Translations under genes and position numbers: made by a program
Shown here: positions 7,889 to 17,376 of the stretch, piece by piece
Layout: each line of letters begins with the position of its first letter
Numbering within the stretch: position 1 is the stretch's first letter
Notes under the pieces: generated by a model
What the model was told of the DNA's origin: nothing
Database searches by the model: none
What the model saw: only the letters and a program-made list of their open reading frames with translations
NCBI GenBank assembly: GCA_943788175.1
Contig: CALSPG010000009.1
Coordinates: 1 to 48,321, forward strand
Direction of reading: 5' to 3'
Source of the DNA: an uncultured bacterium
GTDB lineage: Bacteria > Fidelibacterota > Marinisomatia > Marinisomatales > UBA1611
DNA length: 48,321 nucleotides

Positions 7889-9349
7889 ATGAATGAGACA
7901 AAAAGATTGATTTTTAAAGTCGATCGCTTAAAAAAGAACTATGGGTCGCTTGAAGCGGTCAATGTTAAAAAACTTGAAATCCATCCAGGTACTATCTATG
8001 CGCTAGTTGGTCCTCCAGGTTCTGGTAAAACCACTCTTCTAGATATATTATCTGGCTCACAAAAGCAATCTTCTGGTGAGCTTTATTTTGAGAATTCCGA
8101 ATATAAAACTAACTGGTTTGGCAAGGTCTTAAAACATGACGAGATTTTCTACAACTATGGTTTTGATGATTACGGTACTGGGTCTTCTGTTGGAAAGATT
8201 ATAAATAAAATGTATGGTAAGAAATCAAATACAATTATGAAAAGGCATTTTAATAGTCCTAGGTTCAAGCATCTATGGAATCGATCAGTCTCATCGCTTA
8301 CAAAAGGAGAGCTTCATTGGGTTGGAATGGTTCTTTCACTCGAAAGTGATCCAAGAGTGTTATTGATTGATGAATATGGTGTTCATATCACAAACAATAT
8401 GGAACAGGAGTTTAGAACGCAGCTTAGAAGAATGAATAGGACTTTGGGTACTACTATTATCCTTAGCACGCCAAATGAAGATTTAGTTAAAAATTTCGCT
8501 TCTGTTCTTATATTTATGGATAATGGTCATATTTCTAAAATTCGATCCAAATCAAACCGGATTGGTGGTCCTAGAAGACCTGGAAGAAGAGGCCATTTCA
8601 ATCATAAAAAAAAGAATACAAAGGCTAGAGGATCAAGCAATAAGCCCCCAGTTAATAAGCAAGGTGGTAAGTCAGATCAAAACTCTGGAAATTCGTCAAG
8701 AGGTTCAAGCAATAAGCCTCCAGTTAATAAGCAAGGTAGTAAGTCAGATCAAAACTCTGGAAATTCGTCAAGAGGATCAAGCAATAAGCCTCCAGTTAAT
8801 AAGCAAGGTAGTAAGTCAGATCAAAACTCTGGAAATTCGTCAAGAGGATCAAGCAATAAGCCTCCAGTTAATAAGCAAGGTAGTAAGTCAGATCAAAACT
8901 CTGGAAATTCGTCAAGAGGTTCAAGCAATAAGCCTCCAGTTAATAAGCAAGGTGGTAAATCAGATCAAAATTCTGAAAATTCGTCAAGAGGTTCAGTTAG
9001 TAGGCACTCAAGTAGTAAGCAAAATCCCGAATCAAATAATAGTCCTGAAAACAAATCAATAGACACTCACAATCGTAATCTTGAAACACCTTCTAATCCA
9101 AATCCGGTCTCATCAAATCCTAATTCAGGCAATGAGTCTATCAGTCTAGATATTCAAACTTCAGTAGGTAAAAATAGTGTATCAATTAGTAAGCCTCCCG
9201 CACCGTTAGAAACGCCGAAACCTTCGAACTCAGAAACTATCAAACCAAAGAATAAATCGAATAATGCAAATGCCAAAACATCGGCAAATGAAGAGGTCGT
9301 TGCAAAAAGAAGTAAATCTCAAAGCAAGGAACAAACTGAAAAAAGTTAA
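7889..9349 (+). CDS. degenerate ABC-type ATPase with long low-complexity C-terminal tail
   Basis: Walker A GPPGSGKT, Walker B VLLIDE, signature altered to LTKGE; about 260-aa S/N/K/G/P-rich tail; GGAGG RBS. Confidence 0.8.
   Translation: MNETKRLIFKVDRLKKNYGSLEAVNVKKLEIHPGTIYALVGPPGSGKTTLLDILSGSQKQSSGELYFENSEYKTNWFGKVLKHDEIFYNYGFDDYGTGSSVGKIINKMYGKKSNTIMKRHFNSPRFKHLWNRSVSSLTKGELHWVGMVLSLESDPRVLLIDEYGVHITNNMEQEFRTQLRRMNRTLGTTIILSTPNEDLVKNFASVLIFMDNGHISKIRSKSNRIGGPRRPGRRGHFNHKKKNTKARGSSNKPPVNKQGGKSDQNSGNSSRGSSNKPPVNKQGSKSDQNSGNSSRGSSNKPPVNKQGSKSDQNSGNSSRGSSNKPPVNKQGSKSDQNSGNSSRGSSNKPPVNKQGGKSDQNSENSSRGSVSRHSSSKQNPESNNSPENKSIDTHNRNLETPSNPNPVSSNPNSGNESISLDIQTSVGKNSVSISKPPAPLETPKPSNSETIKPKNKSNNANAKTSANEEVVAKRSKSQSKEQTEKS
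8627..8995 (+). repeat. in-frame tandem repeat, 5 x 72 bp plus 9 bp (RGSSNKPPVNKQG[GS]KSDQNS[GE]NSS)
   Basis: Units start at 8627, 8699, 8771, 8843, 8915; near-identical at DNA level; no spacers. Confidence 0.97.
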
Positions 9350-10329
9350 TGCAAATTGATATTAACAGGCTCTCTAAAGAATATGCTAAAAAAAATATTC
9401 TTGTTATTGGGGATATTATTTTAGACGCTTATATCTATGGAAAAGTAGACAGAATATCGCAAGAGGCCCCAGTTCCAATCGTCGCTATAGATCAAAAAAA
9501 ATTCAAGCCAGGAGGAGCTGCTAATGTAGCATTGAATTTATCAGGTCTTGGTGCTAATGTTCAGCTCCTGGGTATTACTGGCGGAGGTAGAAATGCTGAA
9601 GAATTGCAAAATTGTTTTCAAAAATCTGAAAATATCCAACTACACCTAGTTAAAGATAAAAGTCGACCTACTATTGTAAAAACTCGTATCATTGCTGATG
9701 GAAAGCAGGTTGTTCGCCTAGATGAGGAAACTACTAGTAAAATCAGTTCGTTATTGATTGAAGAATTAATCAAAGCCTTTAATAAGAGCTGCAAAGATAT
9801 AGATGGTATTATAATAGAAGACTATAATAAGGGTGCTTTACCGAAAGAAATAATCTCTCACATCATTAATTATTCATCTAAGCATGAGATACCTGTTTAT
9901 GTGGATCCTAAATATGATAACTATGAATGTTTTAAAGGTGTCAGATTATTTAAGCCTAACTTGATAGAGTATAATGCAATTGTAAGCAACAAACAGTTTG
10001 GCGATTTGCCAAATTCGGGGTTTAAGTTTAAAGAATTTATCGAGTCCGATATTCTGCTTCTTACTTTGGGAGCTGAGGGAATGTCTTTATATCATAATGG
10101 TCAGCATAATCAAATTCCTACGAAGGCTCGAAATGTTTATGACGTCTCAGGTGCTGGTGATACCGTTATTGCTACCTTCGCTATAAATGACCTTTGTGGT
10201 CTTGACCCTCTTGAATCATCTACTATTGCAAATTTAGCTGCTGGAAGAGTATGTGAAGAGATAGGTGTTTTTCCTATAAGTGTAGATTCATTGAAAGAGA
10301 TTTTTTCTCATCATTATAATATGGATTAA
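9349..10329 (+). CDS. rfaE1: D-glycero-D-manno-heptose-7-phosphate kinase (stand-alone RfaE/HldE domain I)
   Basis: GKVDRISQEAPVP, GGAANVALN, DYNKG, DVSGAGDTV (PfkB-type); no adenylyltransferase domain. Confidence 0.92.
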   Translation: MQIDINRLSKEYAKKNILVIGDIILDAYIYGKVDRISQEAPVPIVAIDQKKFKPGGAANVALNLSGLGANVQLLGITGGGRNAEELQNCFQKSENIQLHLVKDKSRPTIVKTRIIADGKQVVRLDEETTSKISSLLIEELIKAFNKSCKDIDGIIIEDYNKGALPKEIISHIINYSSKHEIPVYVDPKYDNYECFKGVRLFKPNLIEYNAIVSNKQFGDLPNSGFKFKEFIESDILLLTLGAEGMSLYHNGQHNQIPTKARNVYDVSGAGDTVIATFAINDLCGLDPLESSTIANLAAGRVCEEIGVFPISVDSLKEIFSHHYNMD

Positions 10330-10332
10330 TAA

Positions 10333-11973
10333 ATGGCTATAAATAAGAAATGCTGCTTTCATATAGGTCTATATTTCTTTTTATTTTTTGCTATCTCTTT
10401 TGCTCAACCTAGTGCTCGATATAGGCCTTTTGACTGGTTACTTTTCAAGGAACCTGGTAGAATTAATTCATTATCAGAGGGTTTTGAATTCTTATATGTG
10501 GGCACTAGTCATGGTGGTATTTATCGTTACAACTTGTACAGCAATCAATATGACTTTCCCATTACCTCGGCTCAAGGATTAAAAAGCAATAGTATCAGCA
10601 GTGTTCATTTTGATCAAAATACGGGTATCCTATGGGCTGCATCTGTAGGTGCGCTTCAGTATTCATTTACAAGAGAGGGAGACTGGCGATATATTGATTT
10701 TGTAGATATAGGTCTAAGGAATAATGATAATATTAGTCAGATTGGGAATTCTGAAAATTATGTTTGGGCAAAGGCAAACGCCGTTTACGTTAAATTAGAC
10801 AAATCTTCTGGCATATTAGCCGGAATTTATCCTAGGCCAGATGAAATAAATATTTCTTGGAGTAGTACCAACTATTATGAGCAAGCTGACATCGCTACTA
10901 TTATGAATAATTATGCTCTAATGTCTGGCTGGATGGCGTCTGGTTCAAAACTAATAGACGGCTATGGTAGATACATCGATATTACTAGTGGTTTAATTGG
11001 AAAACATAATGATGTTTGGATAGGAACTTCTGACGGTACACTTTTCCAAGGAGACAAGACGATGGAAGCAATCTTCCCAACAGAATTTGGTATTAGAGGT
11101 TCCAACATAAATGCATTGTTTCAAAATGAAAATAATCTTTGGATAGGATCAAAAGGCTATGATATTGGCAGGGGTGTGACGAGGTTAAATACCCGAAATT
11201 TTCAGACTGACCATTATGATTTTGATGTTACTGTGAATATGAACCTTACAGAGGTTTATTCATTCTATGATTTTGAAAATACTCTTTGGGTTGGAGGCAA
11301 TGGCGTCATTCTGGTTTTTGATAAGCCAGATAATTTTTGGCGCACACTGGGAGAAGATAGGGGTATACCAAATAGTGATATAACCTCTATGGTAGGAGAT
11401 TCTAATTATGTATGGATTGGGTCTTATTATGGTATAAGACAAATTAATCGAAAATCTAAAAGAGAAGAGCCAATGGGTTTTGAATATCTTTTTTATAATC
11501 ATCCTGTAAATGATTTATTATTAAATGAGTTTGGTGTCTGGGTTGCTTCTAGAACTGGAATATATCTTTATGATAAAAATAACCCGCAAATTATGAATGC
11601 GCTTTCAATAGGTAACTCTTATTTAGATTTTCCTGTTTCACGCGTCACTTCAATATTTCAAGATAACCAATTATTGTATTTTGCTACAAATATTGGCGTG
11701 GTTAGTTTTAATATTGAAGAGAAATTTTGGGATATGGTGATTCCAGCTTCTGATTATAGAGGACTGGATGTTTCTGATCTTATTGTGGTCGGTAAATTTT
11801 GCTTTATTGGAACTAGTCAGGGTATGTTTAGAATAAATTTAAAATCAAAAAGAACTAGAGAGTATAAATTTGACTTCATTGGGTCAGTCAATTCCTTAGA
11901 AAAAATAGGTAAATATGTTTGGATGGGAACTAGTGAAGGTCTAATTAGGTTTAAATGGAGAAAAGATTTATGA
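10333..11973 (+). CDS. exported multi-bladed beta-propeller protein
   Basis: Signal peptide; repeated [LV]W[IV]G[TS]xxG blade motifs along the whole length. Confidence 0.8.
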   Translation: MAINKKCCFHIGLYFFLFFAISFAQPSARYRPFDWLLFKEPGRINSLSEGFEFLYVGTSHGGIYRYNLYSNQYDFPITSAQGLKSNSISSVHFDQNTGILWAASVGALQYSFTREGDWRYIDFVDIGLRNNDNISQIGNSENYVWAKANAVYVKLDKSSGILAGIYPRPDEINISWSSTNYYEQADIATIMNNYALMSGWMASGSKLIDGYGRYIDITSGLIGKHNDVWIGTSDGTLFQGDKTMEAIFPTEFGIRGSNINALFQNENNLWIGSKGYDIGRGVTRLNTRNFQTDHYDFDVTVNMNLTEVYSFYDFENTLWVGGNGVILVFDKPDNFWRTLGEDRGIPNSDITSMVGDSNYVWIGSYYGIRQINRKSKREEPMGFEYLFYNHPVNDLLLNEFGVWVASRTGIYLYDKNNPQIMNALSIGNSYLDFPVSRVTSIFQDNQLLYFATNIGVVSFNIEEKFWDMVIPASDYRGLDVSDLIVVGKFCFIGTSQGMFRINLKSKRTREYKFDFIGSVNSLEKIGKYVWMGTSEGLIRFKWRKDL

Positions 11974-13226
11974 TGAAAAGAATATTATCAGGCATAATTG
12001 CAGCTCTTATTATATGCAGTTTTATTTCTGGACAGCGTTCAAAAAAAAATAAGTCTTTAAGTAATGTTGGAAGATATAATTTATTAGAATTTTCTAGAGC
12101 TATTTCAAAAGACTCAATCCTCGTGACAGCATTTGTGGATATTCCTTTTCGAAGTCTTCAATTTGTAAAAAAAAATAATTCATTTTTTGCTTCATATGAT
12201 GTTTCCATTGTTTTAAAAAACAATAAAGGTAAACGTATTTTTAGAAAAATGTGGACAGATTCGATAACCACTGATGATTACATTCAAACACAATCAAGAT
12301 TAAGGACTAGAAAACATTTTTCAAACTTTACAGTAGCAAAAAATAAATATGAAATAGAATCAGAGCTTTATGATAAAGACACAAGAAACAAGGGTTCTAA
12401 AAATATTAAAATTGATTTTTCAAAATTCAAAAAAAAACCATCCTTAATGGAGCCTCTTATTGTAGCAAACCTTGAAGGCGAATGGGGATTCGACGTTAAT
12501 GAATTCCCTATAACAGGTAAAAGGATAACAAACATTGATAGGGGTCTTACTTTGATTGTATCTGGGTTTGTTGATAGTGAGCCATATGAAGTTTTGGGTT
12601 TTATGGAAGGAATGAATGAAGATGGGAAGTTTCTTATATCAAAAAAAGATACTTCAGGTGGCTTTTTTAACCATAGATATAAATTAGATAAAAGTATATT
12701 ATCCACAATGGGACTTGAGATTGGAATTAAACTGATACAGTCAAATAAAGAAAGAGAAGTCATGAAAAAAATCTCTATTTATAAGCCTGGACTTTCAGGC
12801 TTCGTCAATAATGTAGAAACCTCTTTTCAGCAAATGAGATATCTTTTAACAACTAATGAAAGAAAAGAAGCAAAAGGCAAGAAAGGGGAGGCGCTGGAGA
12901 AAATATTTCTTGAGTTTTGGAATAAAAGAGATCCTACGCCAGAAACAAATATTAACGAACTAATGGAAGAGTATTATATCAGAGTTAATTATGTTAATGA
13001 ATATTTTAATATGTCTTGGAAGGAAGGTTGGGAAACTGATTTTGGAATGATATATATACTTTTCGGTCCTCCTGATGAAATTCAAAGGTCAAATGCCACC
13101 AGCACTAATACTTCGATTTATCAAGCCTGGTATTACAATAGGCTAAATAAACAGTTCGTTTTTAGAGACCAGAATGGGTTTGGAGATTTTAAGTTAGATA
13201 AGCCATTTATCGGGCCTAATTTTTAA
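11970..13226 (+). CDS. GWxTD domain-containing protein
   Basis: FWNKRDPTP..NELMEEYYIRV..EGWETDFGMIYILFGPPD; start moved to ATG 11970 (GGAG at 11957). Confidence 0.9.
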   Translation: MMKRILSGIIAALIICSFISGQRSKKNKSLSNVGRYNLLEFSRAISKDSILVTAFVDIPFRSLQFVKKNNSFFASYDVSIVLKNNKGKRIFRKMWTDSITTDDYIQTQSRLRTRKHFSNFTVAKNKYEIESELYDKDTRNKGSKNIKIDFSKFKKKPSLMEPLIVANLEGEWGFDVNEFPITGKRITNIDRGLTLIVSGFVDSEPYEVLGFMEGMNEDGKFLISKKDTSGGFFNHRYKLDKSILSTMGLEIGIKLIQSNKEREVMKKISIYKPGLSGFVNNVETSFQQMRYLLTTNERKEAKGKKGEALEKIFLEFWNKRDPTPETNINELMEEYYIRVNYVNEYFNMSWKEGWETDFGMIYILFGPPDEIQRSNATSTNTSIYQAWYYNRLNKQFVFRDQNGFGDFKLDKPFIGPNF

Positions 13227-13290
13227 ATTTTTATAAAAAATTTAAATAAGCTATTTCATGAATAATCGTTAGATTGCGGAGCATCCAGTC

Positions 13291-14334
13291 GTGCGAAAAT
13301 TTTATAAAATGAACAAAAAATCACTTTCAAGCATTGTTAATTGGATATCTGGAGATATCGCGATTGATCTTGGTACTGCTAATACGCTTATCTGGTTAAA
13401 AGGAAAGGGTGTTGTAATCAATGAACCCTCAATTGTTGCTAGAACGATACATGATGATCAGATTGTAGCTGTCGGAGATGAGGCAAAAGCTATGCTTGGA
13501 AGAACACATCGAGACTTAGAAACCGTTAGGCCCTTACAAGATGGCGTTATAGCTGATTTTAAAATGACTGATGGGATGCTTCAAGGTTTTATAAACAAGA
13601 TTAATTTTAGCCGTATGGCTAGACCGCGTATGGTAATTTGTGTGCCCTCAGGTGTGACCGAGGTTGAAAGAAGAGCGGTTAAAGAATCTGGAGAGAGAGC
13701 TAATGCGAGGGAAGTCTATCTAATTGAGGAGCCTGTTGCAGCGGCCATTGGTATTGGTCTTGATATAAGCCAGCCAATAGGAAATATCATTGTTGACATA
13801 GGTGGAGGAACGACTGAAATTGCCGTTATATCTTTGAATGGCGTAGTTACTAAAGAAACAATTCGCATTGCTGGTGATGAAATGGATGAGTGTATACTGC
13901 AATGGTTTAGAAATGAGCATAAGCTTGAAATTGGTCTTGGAATGAGTGAGTCGATTAAAAAATCTGTTGGTTCAGCTATGCAAATGAACTCAACGGAAAT
14001 ATCCGTTAGGGGAAGAGATTTAGTCACAGGTATTCCCAAAACGATTGAAGTGAGTTCAGATGAAATCAGGCAAGCTCTAAAAGACCCTGTGAATGCAATA
14101 GTAGAAGCTGTCAAAAGATGTTTAGAACAAACACCTCCTGAATTAGCTGCTGATATCTTAGAGAGGGGCATCATTGTAGCTGGTGGTGGGAGTCTACTAA
14201 AGGGTATAGATCAAATAATTAGAGAAAGAACTAATGTTCCAGTCAATGTTGCTGAAGACCCATTATTATCTGTTGTTAGGGGCACAGGAATGGTCTTAGA
14301 AGACTTGAAAAAATATGAGGCGGTTCTACTCTAG
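13291..14334 (+). CDS. mreB: rod shape-determining protein MreB
   Basis: IDLGTANT, RPLQDGVIADF, TEVERRAV, DIGGGTTE, GGGSLL. Confidence 0.98.
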   Translation: MRKFYKMNKKSLSSIVNWISGDIAIDLGTANTLIWLKGKGVVINEPSIVARTIHDDQIVAVGDEAKAMLGRTHRDLETVRPLQDGVIADFKMTDGMLQGFINKINFSRMARPRMVICVPSGVTEVERRAVKESGERANAREVYLIEEPVAAAIGIGLDISQPIGNIIVDIGGGTTEIAVISLNGVVTKETIRIAGDEMDECILQWFRNEHKLEIGLGMSESIKKSVGSAMQMNSTEISVRGRDLVTGIPKTIEVSSDEIRQALKDPVNAIVEAVKRCLEQTPPELAADILERGIIVAGGGSLLKGIDQIIRERTNVPVNVAEDPLLSVVRGTGMVLEDLKKYEAVLL

Positions 14335-14343
14335 AGGTTGTTC

Positions 14344-15132
14344 ATGCGCAACCTTCTGTTATTTTTAATTAAAAACAAAGATCATTTTGTTTTTGCCGTT
14401 GCTCTTTTCTTTTCTTTTGCTCTGCTTTTTAATCGCAATAATGATGAAATGAGTGTGATTAGGGGATTCTCTTCGGACTTGGTTTCTTTTCTTTCAACGC
14501 CATTAGTAAAAGTTAAATCACTTGCTATTGTTAACGAGGAAAATCAATATCTTAGAGAAAAAAACCTTCAACTCAATCTACAGCTAGAGTCAATTTTATA
14601 TGCTGCTGATGAAAATAAAAATTTAAGAGATCTTCTAAATTTTAAAAGAGAAACAAGGCTAAAAATTATTCCAGCAAGCATTATTAATAAAGGTATTCAG
14701 ACGAATGTTAAGTCTTTGACTCTGGATGTAGGTTCTTTAAATAATATTATGCCTAATCAAGCAGTCCTTACACCCGATGGCGTAATAGGTAAAACCGTTG
14801 TAGTTGGAAAAAAGTCTTCAATAGTACAATCTATATCTGACAATAATTTTAGATTAAGTGTTCGAATTATGCCGAGTGGTGCTGTTGGAATTTTAAGATG
14901 GTCTCGAGATAATACATGCAGAGTATATGAAGTGCAAAAGAATGTTGATATAAATATAGGTGACAGGGTAATCACTTCAGGCTTCAGTAATATATATCCT
15001 GAAAAATTACCTGTTGGTATAGTCTCAGGCGTATATGATGAAAGAGGTAGTTATCAAAAAGTTGTTAATGTGAAAATTCAAAATGATTTTGAATCAATTC
15101 AAAACGTTTTTGTTGTAATTGAAAACAAATGA
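14344..15132 (+). CDS. mreC: rod shape-determining protein MreC
   Basis: N-terminal TM, coiled coil (ENQYLR, ENKNLR), GDRVITSG, position after mreB. Confidence 0.95.
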   Translation: MRNLLLFLIKNKDHFVFAVALFFSFALLFNRNNDEMSVIRGFSSDLVSFLSTPLVKVKSLAIVNEENQYLREKNLQLNLQLESILYAADENKNLRDLLNFKRETRLKIIPASIINKGIQTNVKSLTLDVGSLNNIMPNQAVLTPDGVIGKTVVVGKKSSIVQSISDNNFRLSVRIMPSGAVGILRWSRDNTCRVYEVQKNVDINIGDRVITSGFSNIYPEKLPVGIVSGVYDERGSYQKVVNVKIQNDFESIQNVFVVIENK

Positions 15133-15605
15133 TAGTCTTTCAATATTTTATTATAATATTTGTTACATTTCTCTTTCAATCGTGGACATCGGAATTTTTC
15201 TCTTTGGGTACTATCGATCCAGATTTTTGTTTAATTGTTCTGCTTTACATATCCATAAAAAATGGTGGTTTAGTGGGTACGTTATTTGGCTTTTTCATAG
15301 GTTTGTTTATTGATTTATCATCTGGTACAAATCAATTCTTTGGGTTGACGCCTCTTGTTTATACGGTCACTGGATACTCTAGCGCTTTTTTAAAAGGTCA
15401 AAATGAAAAACTTAACAAATTATATTTTAGTTCATTATGGGTTTTTATTATTCTTTGTCAATTTTTAATATTTTCTTTAGTTGTTTACCAGCAATTACTT
15501 GTAGATGAACCCACCCAGTTTTTGATAAAATGGTTGGCAACATCACTTTACACTTTGGTCTTTCTTGGTATTTTACAAATAATGGTACCTCTTTACAAAA
15601 TTTAA
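15129..15605 (+). CDS. mreD: rod shape-determining protein MreD
   Basis: Hydrophobic 158 aa, PDF..L and GFFIGLFIDL motifs, synteny. Confidence 0.9.
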   Translation: MIVFQYFIIIFVTFLFQSWTSEFFSLGTIDPDFCLIVLLYISIKNGGLVGTLFGFFIGLFIDLSSGTNQFFGLTPLVYTVTGYSSAFLKGQNEKLNKLYFSSLWVFIILCQFLIFSLVVYQQLLVDEPTQFLIKWLATSLYTLVFLGILQIMVPLYKI

Positions 15606-15612
15606 AGATAAC

Positions 15613-17376
15613 ATGCTTAAATCAGATAATTTAGTTTCAAGTAGGCAATTTTTCATTGCCAGGTCATTCGCCTGGTTTATGTTGCTATTGCTTGGTGCTA
15701 GATACTTCCAAATTCAAATCGTTGAACATGAAATTTATAGATTGAAATCAAATACGAATAGAATAAGAAAAGTAAATAAAAATGCTCCAAGGGGATTGAT
15801 TTTGGCTAGAGATGGAGAAATACTTGTTGATAATTATCCTGTTTATGTTTTGACTGCGATTCCAGGTGAAATGAAAGATAAAGGTAGTCAGTTTAAACTA
15901 ATTGCAGACTATATTGAATCTGATTCTAGTATTATTCATTCAAACTATAAAAAATATTACAGGGGTCGATTTATACCTACTCGACTTGCAAAGGATATGA
16001 ATTTTTTGCAACTTGGAAATCTAGAAGAAAATAAATTAAACCTTGAAGGTGTTTATTATGATCAAATTCCTGAGCGGTTTTTTCCCAATGGAGTTAGGGC
16101 TGCTCATTTATTTGGTTACGTAAAAGAAATTGATAGGTCGATTAGAAAAAATCTTAAAAACAAAGCTGCTTATGAACTTGGTGATTTAGTTGGTTGGTCT
16201 GGCTTAGAAAAACAATATGAAGCTTTTTTAATGGGTCAAAGAGGTACCTCTTTTTATGAGGTCAATGCATCTGGTCGCGAAGTGGGAACTGCTTCAGAAT
16301 TAGATGATACAAGACCTATTCCTGGGAGCAATATAAGAACTACAATAGATTTGCAGCTGCAATTATTTTGCGAAAACTTAATGACTGATAAAAAAGGTGT
16401 GATATTAGTTGGAGACCCTTTATCTGGTGGTGTATTAGCAGCGACTAGTGCGCCTGATTACTCGCCTGATTTCTTTACTGGATTAATAACAGAATCTAAT
16501 TGGAAGGACATGAGCACGAATCAGGATAAACCTCTTCTTAATAGATATATACAAGGTACGTACATACCTGGTTCAATAGTCAAAATGATTACCCAGGCGG
16601 CACTGCTAAAACAAGACAATTTTGATAAAAATAATAAGTATCATTGTCCAGGGTTTTATCAGTTTGGTGACAGGATTTTTGGTTGTTGGTTTACTGAGGG
16701 GCATGGCAGTCTAAATCTAGTAGAAGCAATGTCAGTGTCTTGTGATGTGTATTTTTACAAGACTGTAACTGAGCTTAGCTTAGAAAATTTGTATGATACT
16801 TTCAATCAATTTGGATTTGGTTCAAAGACAAATATAGATATACCTAACGAGGCTAGTGGTCTAGTTCCTGATAAAAGTTATATGTCAAAAAGATATGGTA
16901 AGTCTGGTTGGAGCAGGGGTGTTCTATTAAATTTGGCTATTGGTCAAGGCGAACTTTTAGTTACTCCAATTCAAGTTTTAAATTATATTAATTTATTATC
17001 TACAAAAGGTAGTTCGCCAAATAGTCATTTTGTATTTGTAGATAATTTACCTCAAAATGTAAAGCCTGAACTATCTTCTGATATATGGAGTAACATACAT
17101 AATGGCCTAAGATCTGCAATAATAAGTAGTAACGGAACTGGTAAAAAATCTGATCCAAATTTTAATGATTTTTTAGTTTTCGGGAAAACGGGTACAGCAG
17201 AAAACCCCCATGGAGATAATCATGCTTGGTTTGTAGGTTGGGCAGATTATAACGAGAAAAAGTATTCAATAGTTATTTTGTTGGAGAATGCAGGTTCTGG
17301 TGGAGCAGTTGCCGCTCCCTTGGCAAAGAAAGTTTTTGAAAAAATAATTGAAAATTCTCGATTTGCATCAAGATGA
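15613..17376 (+). CDS. mrdA: penicillin-binding protein 2
   Basis: APRGLI, PGSIVK (SxxK), SCD, KTGTAE; between mreD and rodA. Confidence 0.95.
   Translation: MLKSDNLVSSRQFFIARSFAWFMLLLLGARYFQIQIVEHEIYRLKSNTNRIRKVNKNAPRGLILARDGEILVDNYPVYVLTAIPGEMKDKGSQFKLIADYIESDSSIIHSNYKKYYRGRFIPTRLAKDMNFLQLGNLEENKLNLEGVYYDQIPERFFPNGVRAAHLFGYVKEIDRSIRKNLKNKAAYELGDLVGWSGLEKQYEAFLMGQRGTSFYEVNASGREVGTASELDDTRPIPGSNIRTTIDLQLQLFCENLMTDKKGVILVGDPLSGGVLAATSAPDYSPDFFTGLITESNWKDMSTNQDKPLLNRYIQGTYIPGSIVKMITQAALLKQDNFDKNNKYHCPGFYQFGDRIFGCWFTEGHGSLNLVEAMSVSCDVYFYKTVTELSLENLYDTFNQFGFGSKTNIDIPNEASGLVPDKSYMSKRYGKSGWSRGVLLNLAIGQGELLVTPIQVLNYINLLSTKGSSPNSHFVFVDNLPQNVKPELSSDIWSNIHNGLRSAIISSNGTGKKSDPNFNDFLVFGKTGTAENPHGDNHAWFVGWADYNEKKYSIVILLENAGSGGAVAAPLAKKVFEKIIENSRFASR

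Noticed and set aside
8627-8995. CRISPR array
   Set aside because: Units are contiguous, in frame and coding, with no unique spacers and no cas genes.
8523-9062. 179-aa alternative-frame ORF across the repeat
   Set aside because: Open mainly because one stop-free 72-bp unit is repeated; no clear RBS; fully nested in the ABC gene.
13222-13246. Inverted repeat TTTAAATTTTT-ATA-AAAAATTTAAA as a terminator before mreB
   Set aside because: A/T-only stem, too weak, and expected in AT-rich DNA.
13716-14174. Antisense ORF in mreB, and similar short shadow ORFs such as 3802..4056, 12368..12763, 39034..39372 and 41447..41797
   Set aside because: Nested within well-supported genes, with no motifs.
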